A stretch of 64,000 nucleotides of DNA from Candidatus Uhrbacteria bacterium (GCA_026395055.1 JAPLZK010000002.1:128154-192153); one strand, 5' to 3'. Positions 18,358 to 28,841 are shown, numbered from the stretch's first letter. Notes: a model not told the origin generated them from the sequence alone. Numbers and translations are program-made.

Positions 18358-20247
18358 ATGGAAATCGTTACTCCGTTAATACCTTCTGTGCCACCAATGC
18401 AAGAAGTTCCACCACCAACGCAATCAGGATCTGTGTCAAAAAAGACATTGATGATTGTAGGGGTTGTCGTTCTTGTTCTTGTTGCTGCAGGTCTCGCGGC
18501 CATTTTGTTCATGCGTCCACGGCCAGGTATAAAGTCTGGGGTCGTTTCAACACAAGGAATGTTAAAGGAAAATGCGACAACAACTCCATCCACAGATCCA
18601 AATAGTGTTTCGATGAAGTGGGTTGCTCCTGTTGATGGTAAATTCGCAGAAACAGAATTGCCCGATGTTTTTGTTTCGCTCATCATGTCTACATTTGATA
18701 AAGAATATCTTGCGTATATAAATAAAGATGCATCAGGTAAGGTGCGTACCCCAGCAGAGGTAAAACAAAATCTCGAAATGAAAGCGTTCACCATTGGAAT
18801 GGTATCTGGAGGAAAATACGATGGCTCGACTCTCATGATGGGGGAATGGGTAGAGGGTTGGGAAATGGGTTCGACAGGAATGAATTTTTATTACCTTTTG
18901 AATCAAGAGAAGCACATAACCGTATTTGGAAAATACCTTCTGTCATTCAGTTACTTTAGTAACATGGATGGAGATTCATTTACAAAAAAGTTTCACTCAA
19001 CGGATCTCGCAGAATTTTCAAAAACAGCTTCTGTAGATGATGAGATCTCTCTTGCAGAATTTGAGATTCCAAATAAACTCGCAGATGCAGATGGTCACAC
19101 ATTCACATTCGAGAATCTTGCAAAAACAACAAGCGAGCTTAAGCCTGTTTCTGCGGCTCGTACCATGGAAATGATCGCACCAGATACACAACGAAAATTC
19201 CAAATGTCGTTTGACTCAGGAATGTATTTTTCTCTTGTGCGTCCAGATGGGTATACCGTTCATTACAGATACGATATTCCATTTGATGGAGATCAAGGGA
19301 AAGAAGTTGATTGGAGTGACGGGACGATCATGGGAACGAGTAAATACGCAACGTCACGTTCAACAGGATGCGGATATTCTTCCCCAGATGTTGTCACAGA
19401 AATCCCCGAGATGGTTCCAGGGGGTCATGTGACAGATGTAAAAGGAGTTACGTACGATTTTTACAAACCCGTTTGGGCAGCAAAGGATACGATAAAAGCG
19501 GATCCATCCGATGGACTACAAATGACAGATGCTCAGATGTATTATCAAAACTACGAACAACGCTTGTCATGGGATACAACGAACAAAACCGTTGCGTCTT
19601 ATGAAGGATTCATGAAAATGCATCCGATGTTTCTTTGGAAAGATCCGTTTGGTCGCTGGCTTCGTTTCACAAATGAAAATGTTCAGTCTGCTGCAGAGTG
19701 TGGAAAGCCTGTCATTTATCTTTATCCAACCGTTACGTCGAGTATTGATGTCACCCTCGCGCCAAAAGGTGGATTCACCTATACAGAACCCGTGTATCGC
19801 AATGGTTGGCGCGTAACCGCTTCACCAGATGGAACATTGGTAAACCGCGATGACAACAAAATGTATCCATATTTATTCTGGGAAGGTCTTGGGGGAACGT
19901 ATGTTTCCCCACAAGATTTCTGGGTCGTGAAGAAAGCAGACATTCATCGTTTTCTGGGTGTGACCCTTGCAAAGATTGGACTCAACAAAAAAGAAGTCAC
20001 TGACTTTGAAGAGTTCTGGGAGCCAAAAATGCAAGCGGCGCCATACTACAAAATTGGATTCCACGGAACACGTGTCATGAATGAGATCGCACCAATGACC
20101 ATTTCGATTCAACCAGACACAACACTCCGTGTGCTCATGGATTACTCAGAATTACAAAAACCAATCGTAGAACACCCACCAACATTAATAGGAACCCCTG
20201 TCAGAAAAGGATTTACGGTGATCGAGTGGGGAGGAGTTTTGCGATAA
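18358..20247 (+). CDS. Membrane-anchored surface protein with conserved C-terminal KPVIYLYP domain
   Basis: Pro-rich N-terminus, single TM and C-terminal CGKPVIYLYP...YPYLFWEG...RKGFTVIEWGG. Confidence 0.75.
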   Translation: MEIVTPLIPSVPPMQEVPPPTQSGSVSKKTLMIVGVVVLVLVAAGLAAILFMRPRPGIKSGVVSTQGMLKENATTTPSTDPNSVSMKWVAPVDGKFAETELPDVFVSLIMSTFDKEYLAYINKDASGKVRTPAEVKQNLEMKAFTIGMVSGGKYDGSTLMMGEWVEGWEMGSTGMNFYYLLNQEKHITVFGKYLLSFSYFSNMDGDSFTKKFHSTDLAEFSKTASVDDEISLAEFEIPNKLADADGHTFTFENLAKTTSELKPVSAARTMEMIAPDTQRKFQMSFDSGMYFSLVRPDGYTVHYRYDIPFDGDQGKEVDWSDGTIMGTSKYATSRSTGCGYSSPDVVTEIPEMVPGGHVTDVKGVTYDFYKPVWAAKDTIKADPSDGLQMTDAQMYYQNYEQRLSWDTTNKTVASYEGFMKMHPMFLWKDPFGRWLRFTNENVQSAAECGKPVIYLYPTVTSSIDVTLAPKGGFTYTEPVYRNGWRVTASPDGTLVNRDDNKMYPYLFWEGLGGTYVSPQDFWVVKKADIHRFLGVTLAKIGLNKKEVTDFEEFWEPKMQAAPYYKIGFHGTRVMNEIAPMTISIQPDTTLRVLMDYSELQKPIVEHPPTLIGTPVRKGFTVIEWGGVLR

Positions 20248-20342
20248 GAATCAAAACGCACGAGTCAATCGTGCGTTTTTATTTTTGGAAGGTTTTTGCT
20301 ACATTTGCCTCAAGCCCTTATCTTCGATATCATCCTCTTATT

Positions 20343-22745
20343 ATGAGCTATAACCATCAGGAAATCGAAAAGAAATGGCAAGCCAAGTGGGCGGCCGCTC
20401 GAACGGGGTATGTTGACGAGTCTGTATCTCGTGACAATGCGCTTTATTACTTGATTATGTTCCCGTATCCGTCTGGTTCCGGGCTTCACGTTGGACACGT
20501 GGAATCGCAAGCCGCGATTGATATTTTGGCGCGTATGGAGCGTATGCGCGGAAAGAATGTTTTGTGCCCGATCGGTTACGATGCGTTCGGACTTCCAGCT
20601 GAGAACTATGCCATCAAGACAGGTGTGCATCCGTCCGTCACCACAAAAGCCGCGATTGAGAACTTTCACAATCAAATGCAATCGCTTGGTTTGTCTTTTG
20701 ATTGGTCGCGCGAAATCTCGACCGCGGATCCTGAATATTACAAATGGACGCAGTGGTTGTTTTTGTTGTTTTACAAAAATGGATTGGCTTATCGAAAAAA
20801 ATCTCCCGTGAACTGGTGTGAAGGGTGTCACACGGTTCTTGCGAATGAACAAGTTGTTGCCGGTGCGTGTGAGCGCTGCGGCACGGTTGTGATTCAAAAA
20901 GATTTAGAGCAGTGGTTTTTTAACATCACAAAATACGCAGACCGACTGCTCGCCGGCCTCGATTCGCTCGATTGGCCAGAAAAGATTAAGTCGATGCAAC
21001 GCAACTGGATTGGAAAATCGGTTGGGGCAGAGGTGACGTTCGGGGTGGAGGGGCGAGGGGTTAGGGGCGAGGGGCTAGCCGTAACGGTTTTCACAACGCG
21101 TCCTGATACATTGTTTGGCGCAACCTATTTGGTTCTTGCGCCAGAACATGCGCTCGTTGATTCAATTGTCACGGATGAATATCGATCGGCTATTGAAGCG
21201 TATCGCATTGCGGCATCAAAAAAATCTGCGCTTGAGCGTACGGAATTACAAAAAGAAAAGTCCGGTGCGTTTACGGGATCATTCGCCATCAACCCGGCAA
21301 CAGGAGAAAAGATTCCTGTTTGGATTGCAGACTACGTCATTACCACATATGGAACGGGAGCGATCATGGCGGTGCCAGCGCACGATGCGCGAGATTTTGA
21401 ATTTGCCAAAAAATATCAGTTGCCAATAAAAGTTGTTGTTGCAAAGGATGGAGAAGAGTTGGAAGGATTTTTTGAAGAAGGCCTCGCGGTTCATTCAGAT
21501 TTTTTGAATGGCCTCTCGACCAAAGACGCAAAACAAAAAATGATTGCTTGGCTTGAAGAGAAGGGGATTGGAAACGCAAAGACTACATTCCGTATTCGCG
21601 ATTGGCTCGTGTCTCGTCAACGTTATTGGGGAGCACCGATTCCAATTATTTGGTGTGAAGATCACGGGGCGCAAGCGGTTGAAGAAGTTCAATTGCCTGT
21701 CGAGTTGCCAACGGACGTTGATTTTAAACCAACAGGAGAATCGCCACTCGTTGACTCAAAAACATTTCACGATGTGAAATGTCCGGTGTGTGGAAAAGAC
21801 GCGCGTCGCGAGTCAGACACAATGGATACATTCGTAGATTCTTCTTGGTACTATCTTCGCTATACAGATCCGCACAACCCAAATGCGTTCGCGGATAAAT
21901 CGAAGGTAGATTATTGGTGTCCGGTTGATCTGTACCTTGGTGGTGCAGAACACGCGGTGATGCACTTGTTGTACGCACGCTTCTTTGCGTATGCGCTTCA
22001 TGATCTTGGTTATCTCAATTTCGAGGAACCGTTTATGAAGTTGCGCAACCAAGGACTCATTCTTGGACCCGATGGTGACAAGATGTCAAAGTCAAAGGGG
22101 AACGTGGTGAATCCAGATGAAGTTGTCTCAGAATACGGAGCTGATGCGCTTCGGATGTACGAAATGTTCATGGGTCCACTCGAAGACGCAAAGCCATGGG
22201 ACACAAAGGGAGTTGTTGGGATTCGTCGTTTTCTCGACAAGGTTGAGCGATTAGGAGAACGGGTGCAGGGAGCACCAGATGCGGGTGTTCAACGAACATT
22301 GCATAAAGCCATAAAAAAAGTTACGGCAGACCTGGAAGAATTAAAATTCAACACAGCGATTTCACAGCTCATGATCGTGGTGAATGAATTTTCCGCCGCG
22401 ACTTCGATCAACAAAGAAACATTTGAATCATTTTTGAAACTCCTCGCACCTCTTGCGCCGCATTTGGCAGAAGAGTTGTGGGAGAAGCTTGGGCACGCAA
22501 CGTCGATCTTTGCAGAGTCATGGCCAATGTTCGACGCGGCAATGATCGTTGATGATGTTGTAGAAATGGGAGTTCAGGTCAACGGAAAAGTTCGCGGAAC
22601 AATCTCGATTGCACCAACAGCAGATGAAGCGATCGCAAAAGATCTTGCCATGGCAGAACCAAATGTTGTGAAATGGATCGAAGGAAAAGAAATTGCAAAA
22701 ATTATTTACGTCCCAGGAAAAATCTTTAATATTGTTGTGAGATAA
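20343..22745 (+). CDS. leuS: Leucine--tRNA ligase
   Basis: MFPYPSGSGLHVGH (HIGH-like), FTTRPDT editing domain and KMSKS. Confidence 0.98.
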   Translation: MSYNHQEIEKKWQAKWAAARTGYVDESVSRDNALYYLIMFPYPSGSGLHVGHVESQAAIDILARMERMRGKNVLCPIGYDAFGLPAENYAIKTGVHPSVTTKAAIENFHNQMQSLGLSFDWSREISTADPEYYKWTQWLFLLFYKNGLAYRKKSPVNWCEGCHTVLANEQVVAGACERCGTVVIQKDLEQWFFNITKYADRLLAGLDSLDWPEKIKSMQRNWIGKSVGAEVTFGVEGRGVRGEGLAVTVFTTRPDTLFGATYLVLAPEHALVDSIVTDEYRSAIEAYRIAASKKSALERTELQKEKSGAFTGSFAINPATGEKIPVWIADYVITTYGTGAIMAVPAHDARDFEFAKKYQLPIKVVVAKDGEELEGFFEEGLAVHSDFLNGLSTKDAKQKMIAWLEEKGIGNAKTTFRIRDWLVSRQRYWGAPIPIIWCEDHGAQAVEEVQLPVELPTDVDFKPTGESPLVDSKTFHDVKCPVCGKDARRESDTMDTFVDSSWYYLRYTDPHNPNAFADKSKVDYWCPVDLYLGGAEHAVMHLLYARFFAYALHDLGYLNFEEPFMKLRNQGLILGPDGDKMSKSKGNVVNPDEVVSEYGADALRMYEMFMGPLEDAKPWDTKGVVGIRRFLDKVERLGERVQGAPDAGVQRTLHKAIKKVTADLEELKFNTAISQLMIVVNEFSAATSINKETFESFLKLLAPLAPHLAEELWEKLGHATSIFAESWPMFDAAMIVDDVVEMGVQVNGKVRGTISIAPTADEAIAKDLAMAEPNVVKWIEGKEIAKIIYVPGKIFNIVVR
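21042..21077. repeat. Heptamer G-run repeat inserted in frame in leuS
   Basis: ggggtggaggggcgaggggttaggggcgaggggcta, read as GVEGRGVRGEGL just before VFTTRPDT. Confidence 0.75.
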
Positions 22746-22748
22746 AAT

Positions 22749-22818
22749 AGGGACGAGGGGTTAGGGGCTAGGGGTTAGGATGGCCGATCGGCTACTAATC
22801 CCTCGTCCCTCGTCCCTC
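22749..22818. repeat. Inverted heptamer repeat element, leuS-ugd spacer
   Basis: agggacgaggggttaggggctaggggttagg ... gccgatcggctactaatccctcgtccctcgtccct. Confidence 0.8.
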
Positions 22819-22831
22819 ACTCCTTTCCTGT

Positions 22832-24142
22832 ATGAACTTGGTGATTGTTGGAACGGGCTATGTTGGCCTTACATCTGCACTTGGATACACGCAACTCGGA
22901 CACCGAGTTGCGTGTGTTGACGTGGATGCAGAAAAAATTGCGCAGCTTGATCTTGGTCATGTGCCATTCTTCGAGGCGGGCCTCTCGGACGTGCTGCATA
23001 TTGCACAAGAATCTGGTTCGATTATTTTTACAACAGATCTTGCGTCTGTTTTGTCAGAAGCAGAACTTGTTTTGTTTGCTGTCGGAACGCCATCGACCTC
23101 GACGGGGGAAGCGAACTTGTCGTATCTCTTGCATGCTGCACGCGACGTTGGTCGATATCTCGACCACGAGGTTCTTCTCGTTGTGAAGAGCACGGTTCCG
23201 GTTGGAACCAATCAACGCGTTCTGGAAGTTGTGCGTGAGGCAATGACCGCAGCGGGTCGACAAGATCTCACGAGCCTGATTCAGATTGCATCGCTCCCAG
23301 AATTTTTGCGAGAAGGAAGTGCACTTGCAGATTTTATGGCACCAGAACGTATTGTTGTTGGGGCAGAAGACGAAGTGGCTTATCGAATGATTGAAGAATT
23401 ACATCGTGGAATACAAACGACGTGGGTGAAAACGACGATCGAAACGGCTGAACTTACAAAGTACGCAGCAAACGCCATGCTCGCCACAAAGATCTCGTTT
23501 ATTAACGAGATCGCAAATATTGCCGAACGAACCGGGGCAAATGTGGTCGACATCGCACATGCGATTGGACTCGACTCGCGCATTGGCCCACATTTTTTAA
23601 ATGCCGGAATTGGTTATGGTGGTTCGTGTTTTCCAAAAGATGTTTCAGCGTTGCGACAGATTGCGGGATCCATTGGGTATGATTTTAAATTGTTGTCTGC
23701 GGTGATTGAGGTGAATAATCACCAGCGCGATATCTTTTTGAAAAAAATCCAAGATGTTCTTGGAGACCTGAAAGGTCGCCGCATTGCGGTTTGGGGTCTT
23801 GCCTTTAAACCGGGGACGGACGACGTTCGTGAATCTGCAGCCATCGATCTGGTTCGACGACTCTATGCGCTTGGTGCAGACGTATTGGCCTATGATCCAA
23901 AAGGAATGGAAACGGCGAAACGCGTTTTACCAGATGGAATTCAATTTGCTCCAACCGCGATTGATGCGGCAGAGGGGGCAGAGGCACTTGTTGTGTTGAC
24001 GGAGTGGCCAGAATTTCGTGATGTCTCTTTTACAACGTTAAAAGCACGTATGCTGGATCCGATTGTGTTTGATGGAAGAAATTGTCTGCGAGATGTACGA
24101 CTCGAAAAATTTGGATTTACCTATGTGGGAGTTGGGATTTAA
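22832..24142 (+). CDS. ugd: UDP-glucose/GDP-mannose 6-dehydrogenase
   Basis: GTGYVGL, KSTVPVGT, PEFLREG, KYAANAMLATKISFINE, GYGGSCFPKD and GLAFKPGTDDVRES. Confidence 0.95.
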   Translation: MNLVIVGTGYVGLTSALGYTQLGHRVACVDVDAEKIAQLDLGHVPFFEAGLSDVLHIAQESGSIIFTTDLASVLSEAELVLFAVGTPSTSTGEANLSYLLHAARDVGRYLDHEVLLVVKSTVPVGTNQRVLEVVREAMTAAGRQDLTSLIQIASLPEFLREGSALADFMAPERIVVGAEDEVAYRMIEELHRGIQTTWVKTTIETAELTKYAANAMLATKISFINEIANIAERTGANVVDIAHAIGLDSRIGPHFLNAGIGYGGSCFPKDVSALRQIAGSIGYDFKLLSAVIEVNNHQRDIFLKKIQDVLGDLKGRRIAVWGLAFKPGTDDVRESAAIDLVRRLYALGADVLAYDPKGMETAKRVLPDGIQFAPTAIDAAEGAEALVVLTEWPEFRDVSFTTLKARMLDPIVFDGRNCLRDVRLEKFGFTYVGVGI

Positions 24143-25634
24143 AAAGATCATCGCATCGCCATCAAGAACATTCATGCTTCTTGCGGCGATGTTTTGTTTT
24201 GGCATTCTTCTTGGTCCGCTCACAATTGGAATCTCGACGAATGTATATGTTGCGTCTCTCGCAATCTGTGTTTTAAGTTTCGCATTCACCCCTCCTTCAC
24301 AAGGAGGGGTTGGGGGTGGTCGCATTATTGCGCTTGTAATTTTTCTTTTTATCTTCGGATTATTCCGTTATCAACAAAGTGAAATTCCAAAAAATATCCC
24401 AACGGTTCGAGATCATGTTGGTTCACTCATACGCGTCGAAGGGGATGTCGTTTCTGAACCATCGATGGGCGCAAAATCCCAACAGGTAACGATTGGCCAT
24501 GTTCATGTTGTCGATGCGCCCGTATTCGGAAATGTCCTAGTCTCCCTCCCCTTAACAGGGGGAGGGTCGGGGTGGGGGCATGTCTTCTATGGAGACCATC
24601 TTGTTTTTTCTTGTTCGATGCAAATTCCCCGACCGTTCAGTGGGTTCGCGTACGATCGATACTTACAAGCGAAGGGAACGCTCGCGCTTTGTCGCTTTCC
24701 GCATGATCTTGAGCGTGTGCCATCGACACACGTGTCCGTCGTTGGTTCGATCCTCGCACTCAAAGGAGACATTGTCTTGTTAATGAAACGGGTCTTTCCT
24801 GAACCACACGCTTCGTTTTTATTCGGCCTTGTCTTTGGAGGGAATGTCGGCCTCGATAAAGATCTTCAAAACGATTTTGCGAAAACGGGAACGTCACACA
24901 TTCTCGCCGCATCTGGTTTCAATGTCTCACTTTTCACATTCGTCTTCTTTGGTTTCGTGATTCAATATCTCGGCCGTAAGCGCGGTGCGATTGCCACAGC
25001 GATTCTTCTTGTTGCCTATGTCATCATGGCTGGCGCGACGGCGGCCGTCGTGCGAGCTGCAGTTTTTGGAAGTGTCCTCCTCGTCGGTTCAACAATCGGG
25101 CGCCGCGCATCAATTGTGAATACACTTCTGTTTACCGCAGCGCTCATGTTGTTCTACAATCCTCGCTGGCTCCTTGACGATGTTGGTTTCCAACTTTCGT
25201 TCGTCGCATTCGTTGCAATCATTTTCGTCGCACCACGTCTCGAGACGCATCTTGCATTTGTTCCAGAGCAACTTGGGATTCGAGACGCACTTGCGGGTTC
25301 ACTCTCTGCGATCGTTCTTACATTACCGATCATGCTCTGGCAGTTCGGTGCCATCTCGCTCGTTGCTCCATTTGCAAATGTGTTTGTTCTTCCGATCGTT
25401 CCATTTCTCATGCTCTACACAATCGTGATCTTGCCGATTGCGTGGATCTCAACATCGATCGGACAACTCATTGCACTCCCATCACTCTTTGGTTCGAAGT
25501 ACATGCTTGCGATTATTTCCACGTTTGCTTCTCCGGGATTTGCGTCCGTTTCTGTTCCATTTGCACACATTGGCGCAATCGTTATCGCGATAGCACTCGG
25601 AATCGGATGCGTTGCTTATTTACGAAAGGCATGA
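24123..25634 (+). CDS. comEC: ComEC/Rec2 competence protein
   Basis: DUF4131/OB-like region (FAYDRYL), GTSHILAASGFNV, AVVRAA and DVGFQLSF. Start uncertain. Confidence 0.9.
   Translation: MWELGFKKIIASPSRTFMLLAAMFCFGILLGPLTIGISTNVYVASLAICVLSFAFTPPSQGGVGGGRIIALVIFLFIFGLFRYQQSEIPKNIPTVRDHVGSLIRVEGDVVSEPSMGAKSQQVTIGHVHVVDAPVFGNVLVSLPLTGGGSGWGHVFYGDHLVFSCSMQIPRPFSGFAYDRYLQAKGTLALCRFPHDLERVPSTHVSVVGSILALKGDIVLLMKRVFPEPHASFLFGLVFGGNVGLDKDLQNDFAKTGTSHILAASGFNVSLFTFVFFGFVIQYLGRKRGAIATAILLVAYVIMAGATAAVVRAAVFGSVLLVGSTIGRRASIVNTLLFTAALMLFYNPRWLLDDVGFQLSFVAFVAIIFVAPRLETHLAFVPEQLGIRDALAGSLSAIVLTLPIMLWQFGAISLVAPFANVFVLPIVPFLMLYTIVILPIAWISTSIGQLIALPSLFGSKYMLAIISTFASPGFASVSVPFAHIGAIVIAIALGIGCVAYLRKA
24289..24320. 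repeat. REP-like palindrome in frame in comEC
   Basis: cccctccttcacaaggaggggttgggggtggt (TPPSQGGVGGG). Confidence 0.75.
24544..24578. repeat. REP-like palindrome in frame in comEC (second copy)
   Basis: ccctccccttaacagggggagggtcggggtggggg (SLPLTGGGSGWG). Confidence 0.7.
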
Positions 25635-25671
25635 TATCTTTGCGTCAAATTAACTTGTAACCCTTCTTTCT

Positions 25672-26130
25672 ATGGCAGATGTACAACGCACCCTCGTCCT
25701 TCTTAAACCAGACGCTCTTCAACGCGATTTGCTCGGAGAAATCCTTACGCGCTTTGAACGCAAGGGTCTCAAGATCATCGGACTCAAGTTGTTTCAACTT
25801 TCGGACGAACAACTGAACGTGCACTACGCACACCTTGCAGAAAAATCTTTTTTTGCAGACTTGAAAACATTCATGAAGCACACACCGGTTGTTGGAATCG
25901 TGCTTGAAGGAATGGAAGCTATTGCAGAAGTTCGCAAGATGATTGGTTCTACAAATCCATTGCAAGCAGATGCAGGAACGGTACGCGCAGATTTTTCTAT
26001 GAACGTTTCTTCAAACTTAGTGCATGCATCTGACTCTGTTGAGAACGCGGCAGAAGAAGTAAAACGATTCTTTAAAGAGGAAGAATTGTTCGCCTACGCA
26101 AAAATCACCGACCAATACATCTTTGGTTAA
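25672..26130 (+). CDS. ndk: Nucleoside-diphosphate kinase
   Basis: RTLVLLKPDA, GTVRADF and NLVHASDS. Confidence 0.97.
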   Translation: MADVQRTLVLLKPDALQRDLLGEILTRFERKGLKIIGLKLFQLSDEQLNVHYAHLAEKSFFADLKTFMKHTPVVGIVLEGMEAIAEVRKMIGSTNPLQADAGTVRADFSMNVSSNLVHASDSVENAAEEVKRFFKEEELFAYAKITDQYIFG

Positions 26131-26227
26131 TCACAAAAAACCCTGAGCACGGCTCAGGGTTTTTGAATTGACAAGCGTCGAAGATTTCGTTACTGTTCAC
26201 CTTCGTTCTTTTGGGTTTGGAGGAAAA

Positions 26228-27355
26228 ATGATTCATTGGAAGCAGTTAGATGAATGGCAGAAGGATTGGCTGAACGTGGATGTGGATGCGCTCAAAAAGC
26301 GACGAGAATTCTTACGACGCGCTCCACTGCGTGATCAGGCCTTGTTTGTTGATTCGCTTCAAGTTGTTCGCCAAGGACGACGCGAGTTGATGAAAGACTT
26401 CGCCGCCATTTACGCACATCAAACGGGATTGGATTCTGCGATTGCAAGCACGCCACACATGGATCGTTTGCTTGAACTTGCAGAACGTCATCGCGATGGT
26501 GGGTCTCCGGATCCTCGTCGGTGGTTTGAGGCGTTGAGTTTGTTTGACCAAGCGCTCGCCATCGCACGTATTGAATACAAAGATCCACTCGAATCGGTTG
26601 GACGCGACCTTGAAGTTTTGTTGGACTTTTTATGGAGCACGTTTTTTGATGATGAGTACAAGCGCATTCATCTGCATGCGTACCATGATCCTACAAAACA
26701 ATTCATCGTCACAGAAGACGACGTTTCCATAGATGAGCCACTGATTCGTCCAGGGTTGATTCATCGAGTCTATCCATTGGATTGTCGCCGTATCACAAGT
26801 GGCGGTATTGCGTTCATGGATGATCGTATCAAAGGAGCCTTTTCGACGTGGTTGAAGATTGGGCGAAAAATGAAAGATGGGATCGTGACAGATACCTATA
26901 ATGTCACAGATCGTTGCGGTCTTACATTCGTTGTTCCAACACGCGCAGACCTTGTTGAGTTTGCTCTATCGCTTCTTGATACATTGTTGAAAAACGGTGC
27001 AGAGGAGCTTGAAAAGTTGTCAGAGGCGGGTGAAGACGTTGCCGCGGATCCAACAAATCGAAGCTCCTCTTCGATGTATCGTATGGCAAAGATGCTTGTT
27101 ATGTGGCATGAGCGTGAATATGAATTCCAGTTCATTACGTTTCATGATTACTTCACCGCAAAACGTTCGCTCACGGATGCGAATCATGATCTTTATAAGC
27201 TGAGGCAGGCATGCGGCTTTTCCTTTCCGTATCTGTGGCCTACGTCCATTTACGGGATCGAGTGGGAACAAGAACATGTTCGAAACGATTTGCGTGCATG
27301 GAAAATCGACCAACTTGGTTGGCACGTGAATGGAAAACATTCCGTAAATCTTTGA
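26228..27355 (+). CDS. RelA/SpoT-like nucleotidyltransferase (small alarmone synthetase-like), divergent
   Basis: RIKGAFSTWLK, TDRCGLTFVV, SSMYR, EYEFQFIT and HDLYK match the order of the RSH synthetase motifs. Own TTGACA-17-TACTGT promoter (26168), GGAGG SD and terminator at 27355-27379. Confidence 0.6.
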   Translation: MIHWKQLDEWQKDWLNVDVDALKKRREFLRRAPLRDQALFVDSLQVVRQGRRELMKDFAAIYAHQTGLDSAIASTPHMDRLLELAERHRDGGSPDPRRWFEALSLFDQALAIARIEYKDPLESVGRDLEVLLDFLWSTFFDDEYKRIHLHAYHDPTKQFIVTEDDVSIDEPLIRPGLIHRVYPLDCRRITSGGIAFMDDRIKGAFSTWLKIGRKMKDGIVTDTYNVTDRCGLTFVVPTRADLVEFALSLLDTLLKNGAEELEKLSEAGEDVAADPTNRSSSSMYRMAKMLVMWHEREYEFQFITFHDYFTAKRSLTDANHDLYKLRQACGFSFPYLWPTSIYGIEWEQEHVRNDLRAWKIDQLGWHVNGKHSVNL

Positions 27356-27452
27356 GATCGCGCCTGCGATCTCTTTTTGTTTCTGTTGACAATTCAGGGC
27401 GCATACAATATATTCGCTCTCGTGTCTCAATGGTTTTTTCTTCGGAGGCTCC

Positions 27453-27947
27453 ATGTTTCTTCAGTCACGTTTTCAGTTTTTGGCTACCTGGGATTCGCTG
27501 AGGCCCAAAGTTCAGCGCGCGTTCCTTGCGGGAAAGATCACGTATGAGGAGGCGCAACAGTTCTCGACACGTTCGTGTCTTGAGAACAAGCGACTCAACG
27601 TACAGGTGGAACTTCTTCACACCAAGCGTCATGAAGTTCTGTTCCGCACGCATGCGGACATCAACAATCCGCACAAAGACATTCAAGCACTCGCCGATGA
27701 ACTTGATCGCATGCCGGAACACGTTGCCATGCAGGTGATGGGTGGCAAGCTCACGCTCGTGCAAGCGCGCTTCGCGGATCGCAACAAGTTTGGCGCGAAA
27801 GGCGTGCAAGACTTGTGCCACACGAACACGCCGACGCTTCCGTATCGCGTGCGCAAATTTGCGTCCGGCACGGAACATTCGGTTCGCAGCTTCGTCCAGG
27901 TTCGTTCGCGCAGTCGCTTTGCGCATCCGTCCTCGCGGCGCAAGTAA
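27453..27947 (+). CDS. Hypothetical protein
   Basis: 164-aa ORF with TTGACA-17-TATATT promoter (27386), GGAGG SD and downstream terminator. Confidence 0.6.
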   Translation: MFLQSRFQFLATWDSLRPKVQRAFLAGKITYEEAQQFSTRSCLENKRLNVQVELLHTKRHEVLFRTHADINNPHKDIQALADELDRMPEHVAMQVMGGKLTLVQARFADRNKFGAKGVQDLCHTNTPTLPYRVRKFASGTEHSVRSFVQVRSRSRFAHPSSRRK

Positions 27948-28009
27948 TTCCTTCTCGATCTCCTTTTCATAGGAGGTCTTTTTTGTTTGGTGTGATATTC
28001 TACGTCCGT

Positions 28010-28789
28010 ATGATTGGTATTTTTGATTCTGGGATGGGTGGTCTGACGGTCGCCATGGCGATTCGTGAGCGTGCACCGCTCGCAGATTTTGTGTACTTCG
28101 CGGATCTTGCAAACATGCCGTTTGGAGAAAAGTCTGAGGAAGAACTTTTACACATCACAAAACACGCGATTCAATTTTTGATGGATCACGGTGCAACAGA
28201 GATTGTCGCTGCGTGTAATAGCGTCTCCATGCTTGCATCTGGTTTGCGATCAGAAATTCATATTCCCATTATGGAAATGTCCGAGCCGACGGTTTGCGCA
28301 CTTGCACAGGACCACCCCCAACCCCTCCTTGTAAAGGAGGAGAGTTTGCCATCTATTCTTGTTGTGGCAACAGAAGCAACGGTTCGATCGGGGATGTATG
28401 CGCGGGCGTTTGCCGCACAAGGAATCAAGATTGAGTCGATGGCGATTCCTGTACTCGCATCTGCAATTGAGCGAGATGCGTCTCGGATGGAACTTCGAGA
28501 AATTATTTTACCTGCCGTCAAGTATGCAATCACGATGAATGCGAAGACTCTCGTGCTTGGTTGCACACAATACCCATTCGCTCGATCTCTTTTTGAAGAG
28601 ATGTTTTTTGAACAAAACTATTTCATCGAAGTGTTTGATCCAGCCGACGCCGTTGCAGAAGAAGTCGTTTCACAATTTGATGTGCGGGGAAGGGGAGAGC
28701 AAACGTTTTTCGTTTCCAAGTCTTCCGAGGTGTTCGATCGATCTGTTCGAGAGTTCTTCAGTTCCAAATCATTGATCTCGATTCCTTGA
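28010..28789 (+). CDS. murI: Glutamate racemase family protein
   Basis: IGIFDSGMGGLTV, PFGEKS, ACNS and LGCTQYP (the usual His is Gln here). Confidence 0.88.
   Translation: MIGIFDSGMGGLTVAMAIRERAPLADFVYFADLANMPFGEKSEEELLHITKHAIQFLMDHGATEIVAACNSVSMLASGLRSEIHIPIMEMSEPTVCALAQDHPQPLLVKEESLPSILVVATEATVRSGMYARAFAAQGIKIESMAIPVLASAIERDASRMELREIILPAVKYAITMNAKTLVLGCTQYPFARSLFEEMFFEQNYFIEVFDPADAVAEEVVSQFDVRGRGEQTFFVSKSSEVFDRSVREFFSSKSLISIP
28311..28343. repeat. REP-like palindrome in frame in murI (opposite orientation)
   Basis: accacccccaacccctccttgtaaaggaggag, nearly the reverse complement of the copy at 24289; read as DHPQPLLVKEE. Confidence 0.75.
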
Positions 28790-28841
28790 CAAATTGTCTT
28801 TACACAGGTATTTTGCGCGAGCACTTGTGCACGAGGTTTAC

